64,000 nt of DNA from Somniosus microcephalus. Its lineage: Eukaryota. The position numbers and the translations under genes were made by a program. The DNA is taken from the NCBI GenBank assembly GCA_052327205.1, contig CM126222.1:54312001-54376000 (forward strand). The letters are read 5' to 3'. Every line of letters begins with the position of its first letter. The first letter of the stretch is position 1. Shown one piece after another: positions 24,060 to 38,164 of this stretch. The notes under the pieces were generated by a model. That model saw nothing but the letters and a program-made list of their open reading frames with translations. It made no database searches and was not told the DNA's origin.

Positions 24060-25203
24060 TTGCCTTGCATGGCAAGCATGTATAGAGTAGCCTCCGGCCT
24101 CTAGTGACAAATCCTCGTTCTGGTAGTTGGATCTGGGTGTAAGATCGAAGGAAACTGTCAGTCAGTGATGCTTCATTGATCAGGCACAATCCTCTTTGCA
24201 GGACTTGCCTTCTTCAACAGCCATCAGTCATTTTGCATTAATTATCCTATCCACTGGTCCTCCAGGCTTCAACAGGGCGCCTCTGTGCACTGTTGGTGTA
24301 AAGTGAGAGAGAGAGAGAGAGAGAGAGAAGGCAAAAAGGAGAGGATTACAAGTTAGAAATAAAAGGGGAGAGAGAGAACCAAACAGATGCACAGGTTTAC
24401 ATATATATGAACGAGAGACTGGTATTGCTTCAGAAGGGGGGGGGGGGAAATGACAGACAAAAATAGAATTAAAAAATAAAATAAACCCACCTCGAGTTGT
24501 CTTTTTCCCCTTTCTTGAAACTCCTGTGGTGAAGAATGAAATATGTCCACGCGGATGCGAGCACACCACCATGTGTTTTCTACAGGCATATTGCCTTCCA
24601 AACTTCCTCTTCACGCCAGGCATCTTGTATTGAATTTCTTCACCCTATCGTGTACAATTGGTTATTCTTCCAACTTTTTCAGATCAAACATTTTTTTTCC
24701 ATTTCGATCTCATATTTTTTGTGTTTCACTCCATTTAAGCTGCAGCAGTAAACTCTGAAATCACAGTCTCCCCTTTTGGTCATATTTAACCCTGTTCTTT
24801 TTGTATCTTTCTCGCACTCACCCTTATATATGTTAAATTACTTTAAAGTCTCCTATTCTATCCTTTTGTTGCTTCTCTGGTCATTTCATTCAGTCGCAGT
24901 AATCATTGTACCTCCTTCCTGGTGTTGGAAAAGTCTGCTACCTCGCTCTTCCTGTTTCCTTTCAAGCACCTCTTTTTGTCTTGTAATTGTTCTGTCCTTT
25001 TCTTCCACGTTGCTTATCACTCTGACTCCCTCTCTGTTGTGAAATCCTGCTGCCTTACGTTTCCACTTTTTTTCCCCCACGTAATTGCTTTTTCCCCCCC
25101 TCACTCAGTATTTCTCTGTACAGATCACCTTCCTCTTGCACTACAACTCCACTCTTTCACTCTTCCCCTTTTCTGCTCTAGGGCCATTTGGGTCTCTTTA
25201 GAG
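24060..25203 (-). ncRNA. Candidate spliced divergent non-coding transcript upstream of BAHCC1 (3' end unknown)
   Basis: On - strand: TATAAAG (25233-25227), YY1-like AAATGGC (25189-25183), donors AAC|GTAAGG (25058) or GAG|GTACAA (24911), branch CTAAC (~24355), (CT)n tract, acceptor AACAG| at 24290. No long ATG-initiated ORF in the putative exon. Confidence 0.4.
24305..24328. repeat. (GA)n microsatellite
   Basis: Directly visible. Confidence 0.9.
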
Positions 25204-25450
25204 GCCGCCGCGAAACCGTCACTTCCCTTTATATCTCTCTCTGGCAACTCCGAGCGAGGGGCGCCCCGAAACCGTCGCCGCGCCCTAATTGCTTTTCATG
25301 CAGCCCGGCGCGGACTGGCCGCCAGCCAATCAGAGGCTTGTTTACACAGTTTGATTGACAGGAATCTGGCAACCCGCCAGCCAATGGGAGTCTTGTTTAC
25401 ACAGTTTGATTGACAAGAGCCCAGGATTGCTAGCAGTGCGTGCCTCATTG
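25183..25450. promoter_or_regulatory. Probable bidirectional BAHCC1 promoter with duplicated CCAAT / Forkhead / PBX-PREP module
   Basis: Two 42-bp copies (25319-25360, 25374-25415) of ccgccagCCAAT-N6-ctTGTTTACacagttTGATTGACA; CpG-dense; Inr-like TCATTG at 25445. Confidence 0.7.
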
Positions 25451-25605
25451 TACAGACAAGTTGTTGAAGCAAAGAAATCTTTTAGTGCTCGTGCTCAACT
25501 GCAACCTTTTCAGAAGTGTAGCATGTCACATAGCGTCCAGATAATTAAAAATTAGTATTTTTTTTGCTTTTTTTCACAATAAGGCAGTGTATACTCGGAA
25601 TTCCA
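25447..25605 (+). other. BAHCC1: Probable non-coding exon 1 of BAHCC1
   Basis: Starts at an Inr-like motif just after the promoter module and ends at donor CCA|GTAAGT (25606-25611). A strong acceptor follows at 27426. The start position is inferred. Confidence 0.55.
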
Positions 25606-27426
25606 GTAAGTACACGTTTTTGCTACATATATACAATAAAAGTCAAAATACAAACATTATAAAAATTAAAATATTTGTTATTTTAAGTGTAACCTAATGT
25701 ATTTCCGTCTTTGTTTGTTATTAAAGCAATGTAATCAATAAACCGTTCTTTTTTTTTGGGTGAGGGGGGGTTTGTGAAATCCCACTTTTGTCTGCAAAAA
25801 AAAAACGGAAGCCGAAGCTCCAAGCGGCAAGCTCTGGTTGTGTATCCGCTCTGTGCGCTCTCTAGCCCGGTTGCATTCGTGAGGACAGCGCGCTCTCAGA
25901 TCAGATACCACTCACCAAGCTTTACCCCAAAACACCTTCTCAAATGCTTCCCTAATTCTCAAAAAAAAAATGAATCAATATATAAAGTCTCTGTAACAGC
26001 CGCTCTGCCTGTGATATTATCAAGAGGACATTGAGCAGAGGGAGCGGGTCTGAGCTGAAGCAGATTCCTTATCGCGCTGTGATGATACGGAATGTCTCAT
26101 TCATATTCGATATTTGGAGAGACGGTATCATTTTTTTTTTAAATCCTAAAGGTACGAAAGCAGCAAGAACGAGTGATAACTTTCACCTCTGTATTGTCGG
26201 CGAGAAGATAAACGCCTCGATTTTAATTTTAAAGCACAGCAGTGCCAGGTGGAGAATGAGACGGAACACACGGAAGAAAACAGTAGTCATATTGTACTGT
26301 GAATTGACAACTCGACTCCCCACATTACAAAAAGCAGGCATTTTACACGATCCCATTTTAATTATTTTTAAAATGTATATCGTGGTCGGTCGATTAATTG
26401 CTACATCTTTGCGGCCAGTTCTTTAAATTGCAATCTAGATAGAGTAGGTAAGAACATGCATTCGTTTTAGCTGTAGGGCGCAGAATGCAGTCTACTTTTT
26501 AGGGTTTGTATGTGTATTTTACAGAATCAGTGGTCTTACAAATAAAAACCGACTTTTGAGATAATCACGTTGGTTAAGAGGGGGGGGGGGAGTCTTCCAT
26601 TTCAATTCCTTAACAATAACGTCTCCATTTAGTCTTTTAAATATTTCGCACAGCTCTCTGTGTGTTGTGGCAATGGTAACTTTCTGTCAAAAGTAATGTC
26701 AGATGGATATAAAGAAAGGAGGAGAGCAAGAGAGGGAATTGCTGAAAAATAAAGAGGAAGAATGAAAGACAAATTGAGAGCATCCAAATGAACGAGAGCT
26801 CCTTGTGCTAAATTGCCAATGCAGCCCAGTGTGTGCGCGCCTGCCTAAAAGCGGGTGTGTAAAAAATATCCTGCACATATAACTGGACAAAATGCTTAAA
26901 GAAAAATACAGTACAAATTCTGCTGCATAAACCAATTCGTCTTAGAAACAGGGGCCGCCTTTAATAAACATTTCATTGTTTAATCCTCTGAATGTCATGA
27001 GTAATTTATGTCCCCGGGAGCCGTGCGCTGAATGCAGGCTCTGTATTGCAGATATTTGGTTTAATTTTCTTTTCTTGTTGGACCGACTAAGTGTTGAGGT
27101 AAATTGGTGTGATTTATAAGAGAGTGAATTTTAAAAAAAATGTATTATTCAAATGGTCTCGGGCGTCCGTTCTCCTGTTAAAATATATGGTTTGAAGAGA
27201 GACTTGAGTTTATCTGTTCCATTCTCTGTTATTAGAAGCGAGCTGGAAATGGAGTGATTTTGAATGCTCGAGAAGGGTGTGAGTTTTCATTTGATCTTAT
27301 TGTACTTGTTGGTGCAGTATGGCGGCTGTGAGAAAGACAGGAAGGAGCCGGCAAAGTTTCTCCTCTCTGAGCTTGAAGTACGGGGTCTAGATGTGCGATT
27401 GACGGCTGATTCTCCCTCTCTTGCAG

Positions 27427-27761
<335 letters not shown>

Positions 27762-30700
27762 TAGTGAATCTTAACCCGAACTCGCGCCTGTGCCTGTGTG
27801 TATATAATATACACAAGTCTAGACTGCTTGATCGAAATAAATAATTTTGCAAATTACCCTGGATTTTTTTTTAACCCAAACCATGCTTTTGTTAAACAGC
27901 ATTTATCATTGTCGCAGAAAAACAGCGATGTTTAGTATATAATGAATCGATGTCTGTTAGCATTAAAAGCTAAAATTGTTCCTCGGATAACGCTTACTTT
28001 GAAGAATAATGCTTTATACTGTTTAAAAAAAAACCCTGATAAGCGTATCACATTCTGCAGAAAAGTAAGCAAGGGTGCATATTCAAATGCTGTTATCCAG
28101 TACAAAGAGACTGTAGTCACCTTGAATACCGAGGCTGTTCACAGATGTGTATATTGATACAGGGTAATGCAATAGGAAAATTCTGACCGTTATATGTTCT
28201 GCATATTCTGCAGAAATGTAATAGTGCGATACCATATTGAAGGGAGCTACTCAGCAAGAGATCGCCGTCACGTTAAGCTAAGTGGCAGTGTATCTGTCTG
28301 CGGGGTGTGTAATGGTGTGGTGTGATGCTCGAAAATCCGGTTTCTAAAATGGTTTGCGAAGTGTGAGGGTGAAAATGGGTTCACTCGACATTCAGAGGCT
28401 TGGTCAAGTGTTTCTGGTATTCTGTTAAACAAATACTGCACAGGCGTTAGAGCAAGAGGAAACAAAGTATTCTACCGCCTGCTCCGTAAAGAGGAAACAG
28501 AAGGCAGAATGCTGAGCTTGGTTTGGTGTGTAACTACGCGCCATGTCCTTGGAATAGTACTAATGATATACTGTTAATAATATATATATAGGACACTATT
28601 GTGGAACTCACAGACCTACCGAAGCACAGAATTCCACTGCACCATTCCAAGTCACTTTCTCTAACGAGAAATTCAGATTCAAACATCGCAGTACTTCACA
28701 AATGTTGCTACTCGGCATTCCTCTGTAGTAACAGCAGTAACAATAATAAAGAGGTTGTCAGTTCTTGGTTTTGTCAGAGCAGATGTTTTGAATGTCGGTG
28801 TTTCTGATTTTTTTTTCCAGTGATGGTTTCTAAGTATATAGTTTGGATCAAGTTTCATCTTAAAAAAGAAAAAAAACACACACACACACACACACACACA
28901 AGCGCGTCCCTCGTGGTGCTGGCTTCGGCGGGGCTTGGTAATATTTCTGGAAAAAAAAAACAACATCACTTCAGTCACCGCCGAGAATAGTCAGTGAACA
29001 TCTTCCCCTCCCAGCCCCACCTCCAACCCCACACCCCCAGAACAACAAGCCACTCGCCGCTACCTTTGCATGCACTGACAAATTTGGGAGATAAATAATA
29101 CATTTGCTGGGGATTAGGAGTGTAAAAGAGGTGACGCGATTCTGCATGTGTTACATAAGAACATGCTGAAATTGCCATCATTGAGGTAGTCTACAATATC
29201 CCGGTCACCGTCTCCACAGTGAGGCTGTTGGTAAGTTGCAAACCACATGGAAATTCAGAAAGAAACATTTCGAGATCTATAAAACAAGTCATCTTCCATT
29301 CCATGCTATTTTTGCTTGGAGGCAAATGCTGAGCAGGTATTGCATTAGTCAAATGAGAAGGAAGATTGTTGCCTAGAAGTGTTGGGATTGATAGATCACT
29401 GTTAGTTCGAACATATTTAATACCGTCTGATGCGAGTTATAATGTGGCGGCAAATTCGTGTTTGGAAATGGTCAAATTGGTGGATTAAAATCCCAATTGT
29501 GAATCAGGGACTTTCATTAGGGATTTCACCAGCAAGATGACAAGGTTGTGAGGAATATTGAAATCACCACCATGTTTGAGAATACCGACACGGATTCTGA
29601 ATAGACCAAAGTCCTGTAATATGTGTTTTTTTTAACGTTTCGCTTGATGCACTTGGCACCGAGTCAAGACGTTTTATTAATCTGACTGCAATGTAAACCA
29701 ATCTTAGCAGGCGGGCTCTACATTTATAGTGAAGTGACCGAACGCTCGCCATTGATTAAACCCGAAGAGCCTGTCCTTTTTCACTAGTGCACGTTACATA
29801 AAGGTCAGAAGCGAGTGGCGTACGGAAATCTTAAGAGATATGGGTTTTTAAATATCTCTTTGTTCAGGCTTTTAACTAGCGATTGATCCTTGTATTGATA
29901 GACAATAATCACATTACACCAAATGAAGCCGTTCAGAGTAAATACTTTCTTCCTTTTTAACAAAATGCAACAACATAAAATTAGGCCAATTCACTTGAAT
30001 GATCTGTATAATCCCCCTTTTCCTGTTGGTTTGTAGATTTCAGTGTAGTTTCCCCAAAGTTTTTTTTATACATGCCCCCAAACATGACTTAATTTGAATG
30101 AACTTTTAGCAGATTATGGGTTTTTTTTACCACAAGGCAGTAACACTTCACACCGGGCCGTATCTTGAAGCAAACGCTATTCCTATTGTCCAAATGTTCA
30201 GTGAGCTGAATTCGATCGTTGCTGTTCGAACTTTTCCCCACTTTGCTGAACGTGATTAACTACCAGGAACCAAAGGATCCAGGAATTTGATCAGCGGGTC
30301 CCCATCCCAGAGAGTCATGCAGCCCATAAAATGGAAATCTGCGAAACAGAACAAAAAAAGTTGTGCCCTAACTGAATTGTCTTCAGAAAAGTTATTCCCA
30401 TTATTGGCAGCTACCTGTTTTAGGGTCAGTTCCGGTTCAGCGTACACCCCAGATACCCAGATATCAAAGCCCGATTGATTCCAGCGTCTAAAAGGTGATC
30501 TTAGTATGTTTGCCATTTCTGCGCGGCGTTTGCAGACATTTGCGAACAAGAATAGTAATGCTATATTCAGAGGCTGGGAATGTGTGAATATACTGATACT
30601 CTTTCACATGCAGTTCCTTCCAAAATGGAAACTGTGGAGCGGTCTGCTGGTTCATGGCGGGACGACGTTTACTGTAATTTTTAAAACATTATTTCGTTTT

Positions 30701-33700
30701 GTTCCATGGGGTCCACTTGAGGTTAATGCTAGAAACCCGCATATTTCTCCAATCACTAGATCATTTAAGTATTACAAATGAGATTGCACAAGAATGAAAC
30801 TAAACCTTAAAATCCACCATTTACACATCCGAAGCCAGGTTAAATCAGGCGATCTCTGACAAACACACACAGAAGGAACTTGAATCGCGCCTGTTTCATC
30901 GCAACATAATTTCCCTCTTTGCCCTTCTGTTTTTGACGATTTCCGAACTTTTACTTTGTTAATGTTCCCGTCAGCTTTTGTTCATGTCGATACAAAGAAT
31001 CTCAGTTTTCATCGCTCCCTCCCCCTGATTTCTCTCTTCTGTATCTTTAGTCAGGCTCCAAGTCATTTCTCGCTCTGTTTTTGCACCGGTGTTGTCAGCC
31101 TCTGGTTTTGTTTCTCGCCGGCCGACAACACACTGCCCACTTGTAAAGGTTTCCCATTTTATTTGTGAAATTGCCTGTCAATAGAAAAGTAGATCAATAT
31201 TTAGATAGTTTTATTAGTCAAATAGATTTATTGGACAGACAAGTCGATAGACGAGTTGATTTATTACTTTTATCAGATGAAACAGATAACGGAGAGATGC
31301 AGATAGATAGGTATGTTCGTGTGTATGTTGTACCTATCAGAGAGACATGTACATAAAGCTAACGTTTCATTTAAACCTAGCAGAAACAATAATGGGTACA
31401 AGTACGTACACAGGCAGGCAAATCTCTATTTAATACCATGAAAGGATAGGTCGTATCTACGTAATATATTGACTTAGAAACATAAATATAGCCGATTAAT
31501 AATGAAGATACTGGACTTTAAAGTCGGAGAGCCATTCTTAATATGAAGCAAATACTGATATCCGTTTGGGAGAACTGTACAGTACATGTGTACATGGACG
31601 GAGTGGAAGCAGGCAGTTTGATGGTTCTGGGAGTACAGGCTCCCTGCCTTTCTTCGGGTTTTGCTTCACCCAGTAGATTTTCTCAGTAGCTGGGCGATTG
31701 GACACGAACGCCTCTCTATCATTCGGTTGGGAAGTGTCCGGTCGCTATATTTTTCCTTTTGTGTTGTTGCTGATTTATCGAGGTTTTTTTTGCCAAGTCC
31801 TGAATAAACCCCCCCCCCCCCCCAACCCCCAACCCATCTTCGATTTGGAACATTTAAAAAAAAGATTGCCTTGGATGTTTTGACACTTAGTAAAGATGAA
31901 ACAATAGTCACGCTGAAAAATAAAAGTTGGTAAATGTAGGCCGAGAGATTGGATGCTGGAAAAGTCTCCACCCTGTTCTGATGGTAATTGCCAGTCAGAA
32001 TTGTACCGTTTGCTCATGGAAGGTTCCTGGTCTTGTGGCATGTTAAAGGGTTAATGCCTCTGACATAACCTTGGAAACATAAGTAAGTTCAGACCTTTTG
32101 TAAAGTTTTGGAAATAGGAGCGATAGAGAGGAAAAGAAACATCAAACAGTGAAGTCATTTCTTTCATTTTTTTAAAATGCGAATGATTACAAATCAAGAT
32201 CACGCCATTGAAAGACTCATTTACTTCATTCCTGTTTGTGGCATTTACTTTCTGATGGACAATGAGGCATTTCCTGAGGAGAATTTCTTTTGCTTTAAAA
32301 TACTTAAACGGCCAGGACTCGAACCTATTGCTGCAATGAGGGACAAGGTGCAGAATCTACACACATCAATAAATGCCATGCATTAAAGTAACTAGCAACT
32401 ACTATACAAATATAAAAATCCAGTGTTCCACATCTGAGGAAGTCATTCACTGAATGTCAGTCTGAAAGTGACCGATGAAGCAAATTCGGTCTCATTTCCA
32501 AAACCCATTTGAAAGCGCCTCGCCCTGACGGGGCGACCAGAGAGCAGTGTGGATCTCCCAGCCTGCGCCTCACTGTACTGCAAACACTCAAATACAGCCG
32601 GGCTCTTAAGGTAAAGCTGGGGGGGGGTGGGGGTTGGGGTTTGACCGTGCTTTACCTCTGTACCGAGTTTGCATAAACAAAACAAATTTTAAAAAAAAGA
32701 CGTCCCGGATTGTTTGAGATTCTTAATTCTTCTGGGTTCTCGAATCCAACTCAAGGATTAGATAAGAGATTCCGAGAGTGTATTACAACTGGTCTTTTCT
32801 TTGTACAGCTGAAACATTCAGCATTTATCCCTTAATCATTCTTTTCATTCGCAATTACTGTACTTCCTTTGGAGATACGCATTGAGACTCAGTTCTGGCA
32901 TAAAACCTTGCAAACTCCTCAAGTCCCCAAACCAGGGCTCTGCTATCGATTTTACAGTTTTCCAACCTATCGTGGACTCAAGAGACTGAAATATATGATG
33001 AAGTATGGCATAAAGCAGATCTCGCTCCTAAATGAAAGATACAGGCTGAAATTAGACAGCAGAGGCTGCAGCGTGCTGTGGGATTGAATTGCTAATTCAG
33101 TTAACTAACCATTTCGTAAACGGAGGGAGTGGAGATTATCCTACATTTCTACCTCGGATTACCAAGTCAAACACCAGAGATATTTAACTACGAAGTGTTA
33201 AATAATCCGACGTTGTGCTAAATAAGAAGAAATCCCCTGCGCTCCCGGCTTCTATAGCGAACCGGTTCTGATTTAAAAGAAATAGTAAAAAAAATAAACC
33301 ATCCTTGGTCAAACCCTAAAGGGATTCTCCTCCCAGTTAAAATCTTTACTGCTTTTAGATAAGACTCGAGCGTGTTAAAGCTGTTACACGCCTTTCTGCT
33401 TTATCCCGCCAAGGCAGGCGATGCACCGAACTGCTAATTTGAATTTTGTTTGGAATATTCTGTTTTTCAAAAAAAAGCGAGGACTCGGCGGCTGGGCTGC
33501 TGAAGCTTCCGAGCTGCTGTATTGTGCTGGGTTTGAATTGCGATCCCCGCCCTCTCTAATCTTACTATTTATTTACTCTCCAGCTCCCGCTGATCTTCCT
33601 CACTCGGTCTGTTCAGAAAAGCATCGGCTGTTTTATTTTCTCCCTCATTTACAACAGCCTCTCTTTCCCCCCCCCCCCCTCCCTCCCTCCATTATATCTC

Positions 33701-35039
33701 TCATTTAAAGGGGCACATTCTCAGATTGGTTTCTGCAATTTAATCGGCGCGTTTTCAAAAAATAAAATAACACATTTTTACTTCAAACTGTCTAAACGGA
33801 GCAGGAATATCCGAGCGAGTTTCCTGTGAGAACCATTTCAAATCGCGATCGTTCCAATCGCGACTCTCGATTCAAACGAGAGGCTGAGATTTTTTTAAAA
33901 ACACTATAAAATGTTGAAAACTATTTGCCAGTTTTAAAAGATGTCACACAACGTGCAAACCGTTTGTCGTAACAAATTGTACACAGTCGAGGAAAAATGT
34001 GGCCAAACCCGTGCCATGGTTAGCATATTTTACCGTTTAAAATGTTGAGACATGTACTCGACAAGGGGCTGTACACTTTAATCATTGTAATCCAATCTAT
34101 CCACTTATCCGTATTAGTAAATTAATTGTAAATTGTTTTACAACATAAGCACAATTATGTTGGAGGGAAAGGTTTTTTTTAACATACGAGATTATCGTTC
34201 TGAGATTTTTGGTGGTCATTATCATTTTGCAGTCTTTAAAGTCAGTGTGTAGTTCAGACAGCAATCCTCAACTCCTCAAACTGATTGCAGTAGTTGAAGA
34301 CAGCAGCAGCTTTCTGTGCGGGGAGGGGGAGGGGGGAGAGGGGGGAGGTAATTGCCAAAAAATAGCCCCTAAAATCTTTAGCTATTTCATCCTAGTTTTC
34401 AAATAATGACACCTTCATACAGTGATCTCAGAATCCTATATTCTTGATTAGAATCGTTAAACAATATATTAGATTCACCTAGCTTAGAAATCTCTAAATT
34501 ATTTAATTCTGATTTTTATACATGTTAAAGTTGACAAAGACTTTTTGCTGGAATGCCTTTTAACAATTCCATTTGAACCTCAGCCTCAGATAACATATAG
34601 ATAATAAACATGCCTGGGTATTTCTCGGAAGGCTTTAACACACATAGTGCCTATAAACTGAATGTGGTCTTCAGATGGTTATGCAGTTATCCAATGCTGG
34701 CGAATATGTTGTAGCTTTGAAGTATTTCCAAATATGACTTTTTAAAATCATATAAATGATGCTTCTCTCCTTTTTTATAGTTTTCCTAGATGTTATTTAT
34801 TGGCCATTTATCAATGCATTTTGCATTTTCAATTACTATGGTTAACTACTGCCATTATACCCCTTAATCTTTTCCGTGCCATGTGACAGGAAGAGGGCGT
34901 GTTTTAATATATGGTGCCAGGGTCTGCAGACAGGAAGAAAACATTTTATAGAGAAATAATCACATTTTGAGGATTAAATGATTTTGAATAAACTCTATGT
35001 ACTTCTATTTACAGTGACATTTCTATGGTTGTTTGCTAT

Positions 35040-35160
35040 TTTCATTATTTGCCAGCAAACCACCTGTGACTATACTTTAAAAGTAATGAATTGAATGCGA
35101 AGCACTTTGGGATGTCCTGAAGAGGTGAAAGGTGCTATATAGAGCAATTTCTTTCTACTT
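35040..35160 (+). mobile_element. 3' fragment of SacSINE1-like SINE
   Basis: gtgactatactt...gcactttgggatgtcctga...gtgaaaggtgctatatag matches 37146-37220. Confidence 0.6.
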
Positions 35161-36169
35161 TTTAAGAGCATTTTCAAAAGTAGCATCATTTTATAGTTGC
35201 TTTTGATCAGTGTTGATGCTTCTATTTCGTAAATGCCTTGAAATCGGTGATACCATTACAAATAGAATGTTGTTTCTGTAATTTATCCCCAAACTAATCT
35301 CCCTTTACAGCTTTTAGAATGCATCCATTTCTCGATTTAATATATTTACCAAAATGATTTTTGGATGCTGGATACCATAAATATGAAAGCATCATGGGCA
35401 ACAAAACCATTCTCTATCTGAAATGTTATTATAAGAAACATTTGTAACCTTGTTATATTGACTGTTTTTGGAAAAAAAAGTTTGACTTAGTTTTCATAAA
35501 TTACAGTCTTTTATAAGGGTCTGAAGAAGATTTCAGTTATTCCTGAGTACATTTTGAGCTGTAAATCGAGTGCGTTGGGAGTTGAATTGGGATGAATGTT
35601 GGGAGCTGGTTTTTTTTGCAATATATGTTGGGAGTCGGGGATGTATGTTGAGAGCTGTACTGGCGATGTATTTGGGGATCTGTGTTGGAGTGGTGCTGGT
35701 TGTTTTACCATTGGCTGTATTGGCAGTTGCACTGCGCCTGTATTGGGAGTCCGTCTTGGGAGCTGTGTCGGAGAGATTCTGCTGGGGTCTGTGTCAGTAG
35801 CTGTTCTGTAACCTTGTTGGAACCCAGGCAACTGACTGCATAAACATCTACCACATATCACACGACATGTATAGCACATAAAGTATTCATTGACATAAAA
35901 CACCTAATACTGTTAAACCTATTATGCTGTGGTTTTCCTTGGGGGCCAGAGTGACCGACTATTTGATTTAGAGTGTTTACACGAGTGTGAGTTGAATTAC
36001 TTTGATTTGCAGCTGGTTTTAAGCTCGTATCAGGAAATGAACATTTTTACTCCAAACTAAGGTTGGAGTAAATAACTCTGCACTGTTTGCACTTATAGTT
36101 TTACTCAGAACTATTTTGCGAATCACAATATAGATTTAGAGTTGCAGCCTAAATGATGCTTAATACTTC

Positions 36170-36590
36170 TCTGATGACTTGGGGATAAATGGTATGAAGC
36201 CATAGAGATTAGGAAGGGCCCAGTTTGATCTTTTGTCTACACTGAATTAGTTGTTTTCAGCAGGCGGTGGCTGTGTGGGAGATACAGTTGGCCCCACTAT
36301 CTCTAGGCTAGGAGAGGGGAAATCTGCCAGTGTTCCCATTCATGATCACCGTCGAGTGACCCCTCTTGGAAAGTGCTTTGTGGGTGGACATTGGGGAAGG
36401 AAGAATTGAGCTCAGTTGGTTGCCTCTTCGGGTCAAATGGACTGCGAACACTCATTGTATTGGTGAATGCCGATACTCATTGTATAGGATGGCCTCTTGG
36501 GTGAGGTATTGGAGGGTTGCCAGTGTCTGTGGAACCACACCCTAGCATGAACGGCCACTATTAGTTGATGAGGGGAGAAAATGAAAAAAC
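36170..36590 (+). mobile_element. Old SINE-like repeat of a second family (copies also at 42570, 50380, 50800, 52895)
   Basis: Shared blocks such as gaggggaaa..gccag.gttcc.att..tgat.ac and tgacccct..tggaaagtg; purine-rich 3' end. Confidence 0.6.
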
Positions 36591-36784
36591 AAATGGGGCT
36601 TCACACTGCAGCATTCAATTCAATTTGCTGTGAGTTAATGCCTGAAGATTCGCTTTAAGACTGGTTCATTAAAATAAACTTGTTAAATTTTGTATGTAGT
36701 TATAATTGCTTCATATGCGCCCCATATTCACAACGTGCCACAGACACACAATTTTACTGTTCGCACAAAAGAAGTAAGAAGTAG

Positions 36785-37248
36785 GCGTCCGCCGTGGCTC
36801 AGGGGCAGCACTCTCGCCTCTGAGTCCGAAGGTTGTGGGTTCAAGACTTGAGCACAAAAATCTAGGCTGACACTCCAGTGCTGCATTGAGGGAGTGCTGC
36901 ACTGTCAGAGGTGCCATCTTTCGGGTGAGACGTTAAACCGAGACCCCCATCTGCTCTCATAGTTGGACGTGAAAGATCCCACGGCCACTATTTCGAAGAA
37001 GAGCAGGGGAGTTATTACCAGTGTCCTGGCCAATATTTGTCCCTCAATCAATGTAACAAAAACAGATCATCTGGTCATTATCACATTGCTGTTTGTGGGA
37101 GCTTGCTGTGCGCAAATTGGCTGCCGCGTTTCCCACTTTACAACAGTGACTACACTTCAAAGTGCTTCATTGGCTGTAAAGCGTTTTGGAACGTCCGATG
37201 GTTGTGAAAGGTGCTGTATAAATGCAAGTCTTTTTTTCTTTTTTTTTT
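36785..37248 (+). mobile_element. SacSINE1-like tRNA-derived Deu-SINE (younger copy)
   Basis: gtggctcag A box, gggttcaag B box, Deu core, 3' tataaatgcaagtctttt tail; CpGs retained. Confidence 0.85.
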
Positions 37249-37491
37249 GCCTCAAACCATACATTGTGCAAGCCAGGAATTGTCTTATTTTCAAATCCAT
37301 GTGCATGCAGAAATGCATCATTTTTAGGCAGGAATCGTAGTCGGTTTGGACACTGTTGGCTGTTGCTGACAGCACAGGAGCTAAATTCAGAGGTGTGCCT
37401 AGAAAGATAACAGGCAAAATTGATCAATAATGTAACTGGGAAGACCTTGATAATTGAATAAAATTAGCAGAGCTATTTTACTGGGGAAGTC

Positions 37492-38164
37492 TGAAAAGCA
37501 CTGATAGAAGTCAGTAACCTTTTAACTAACTTTCCCGGTCAGTGTCCTATTCTGCAGTATTCAACATATTTTTGAGGTATTCGCTTTTGCACAGATCTGT
37601 TGCACTTTTTGTGACATTGTGATCTCTGAAGTTTGCATTCTGTAATGGATCTGAGAGTGACCCACGTGGAGGGGAAGTGGGGTGACTTGGAAGAAACCTG
37701 GTAAGGTTGCTGCTACAGCAATGTCAGATTTATTTAATAACAGAACGTTTAATTGGCGGGGGAACCGTGCTGTGATTTCGTCAAAAATGACTGGGCAGAG
37801 ACGCAGTGACCTGTGATATACTTGCTGATCTCCATTGTTGTTGCTCAAACACAAAACATTAAAAATGTTGTGTGCCTCTCTTTCTGGGACCCTCCCTCTC
37901 TTGTCTCTACTTTTTAATTCTTGCTAGTCCCCTTTCTCTGTATTTTAGTTTGTCTTAAACTCACTCTCTCTCTCTCTCCCTCTCTCTCTCTCTCTATGTC
38001 TCAAAGATATTTGCTTTTGTTGTCATTGCTGTATTTATTTGAAAAGCATTGATAGAAGTCAGTAACCTTTTAACTAACTTTCCCGGTCAGTGTCCTATTC
38101 TGCAGTATTCAACATATTTTTGAGGTATTCGCTTTTGCGCTTTTTGTGACATTGTGATCTCTGA
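37492..38164 (+). repeat. Dispersed direct duplication: 37492-37629 copied at 38040-38164
   Basis: Near-identical; copy 2 has a 13-bp deletion and about 2 substitutions. Confidence 0.92.

Noticed and set aside
24886-25413. 72-aa (-) and 163-aa (+) ORFs at the promoter
   Set aside because: Low-complexity products of purine/pyrimidine strand bias, with non-ATG starts.
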